NCBI GenBank assembly: GCA_041736175.1
Contig: JBGSUI010000081.1
Location: 1-17,562, forward strand
Reading direction: 5' to 3'
Length of the DNA stretch: 17,562 nucleotides
Source: Oligoflexales bacterium
Lineage (GTDB): Bacteria; Bdellovibrionota_B; Oligoflexia; Oligoflexales; CAIYRB01
The notes under the pieces are model-generated. The model searched no databases. It was not told the DNA's origin and worked only from the letters and a program-made list of their open reading frames with translations. Shown here in pieces: positions 17,429 through 17,562 of the stretch. The first letter of the stretch is position 1. Every line of letters begins with the position of its first letter. The position numbers and the translations under genes are program-made.

Positions 17429-17562
17429 TCTTTCTCACATGACTTGATATTATCCCTTGAAATTTTTCTTTTATCATGCCATCTTCTCGACCATAATGGA
17501 CCTTCTTTAACGTGCTCTCAGCAGAAGGTCGTAAAAAGTGCCATTTCAAGGACAAGAATTTA
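17426..17562. mobile_element. Possible terminus of a mobile element interrupting the RCC1 gene
   Basis: The expected continuation cag cta gg(n) is replaced by cag cta|tagtctttctcac…, AT-rich non-repeat DNA with nested inverted repeats. No transposase is in the window. Confidence 0.4.

Overview
Bacterial chromosomal segment, about 50% GC. Gene content (secreted phage-fibre-like protein, receiver-TPR protein, CHASE2-PP2C phosphatase, many lipoproteins) suggests Bdellovibrionota/Oligoflexia; this is inference only. The centre holds argS, several secreted/lipoprotein hypotheticals, a two-gene operon of degenerate receiver proteins, a probable outer-membrane beta-barrel coupled to a ferritin-like protein, and a CHASE2-SpoIIE phosphatase. 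The ends are the most interesting part. On the right, a Sec-exported tail-fibre-like protein is followed by a Tat-signal RCC1/BLIP-II beta-propeller gene that breaks off mid-blade at 17425. On the left, a headless RCC1 fragment starts mid-blade at 140. Its 150-bp repeats are 83-88% identical in the pairs counted, yet differ mostly by amino-acid changes at a few codons. Each RCC1 gene is cut by about 140 bp of unrelated, hairpin-containing DNA that runs to the window edge. Best hypothesis: a fibre plus a separate, diversifying beta-propeller tip adhesin, with both RCC1 copies disrupted by mobile elements. No rRNA, tRNA, CRISPR array, transposase or reverse transcriptase is visible.
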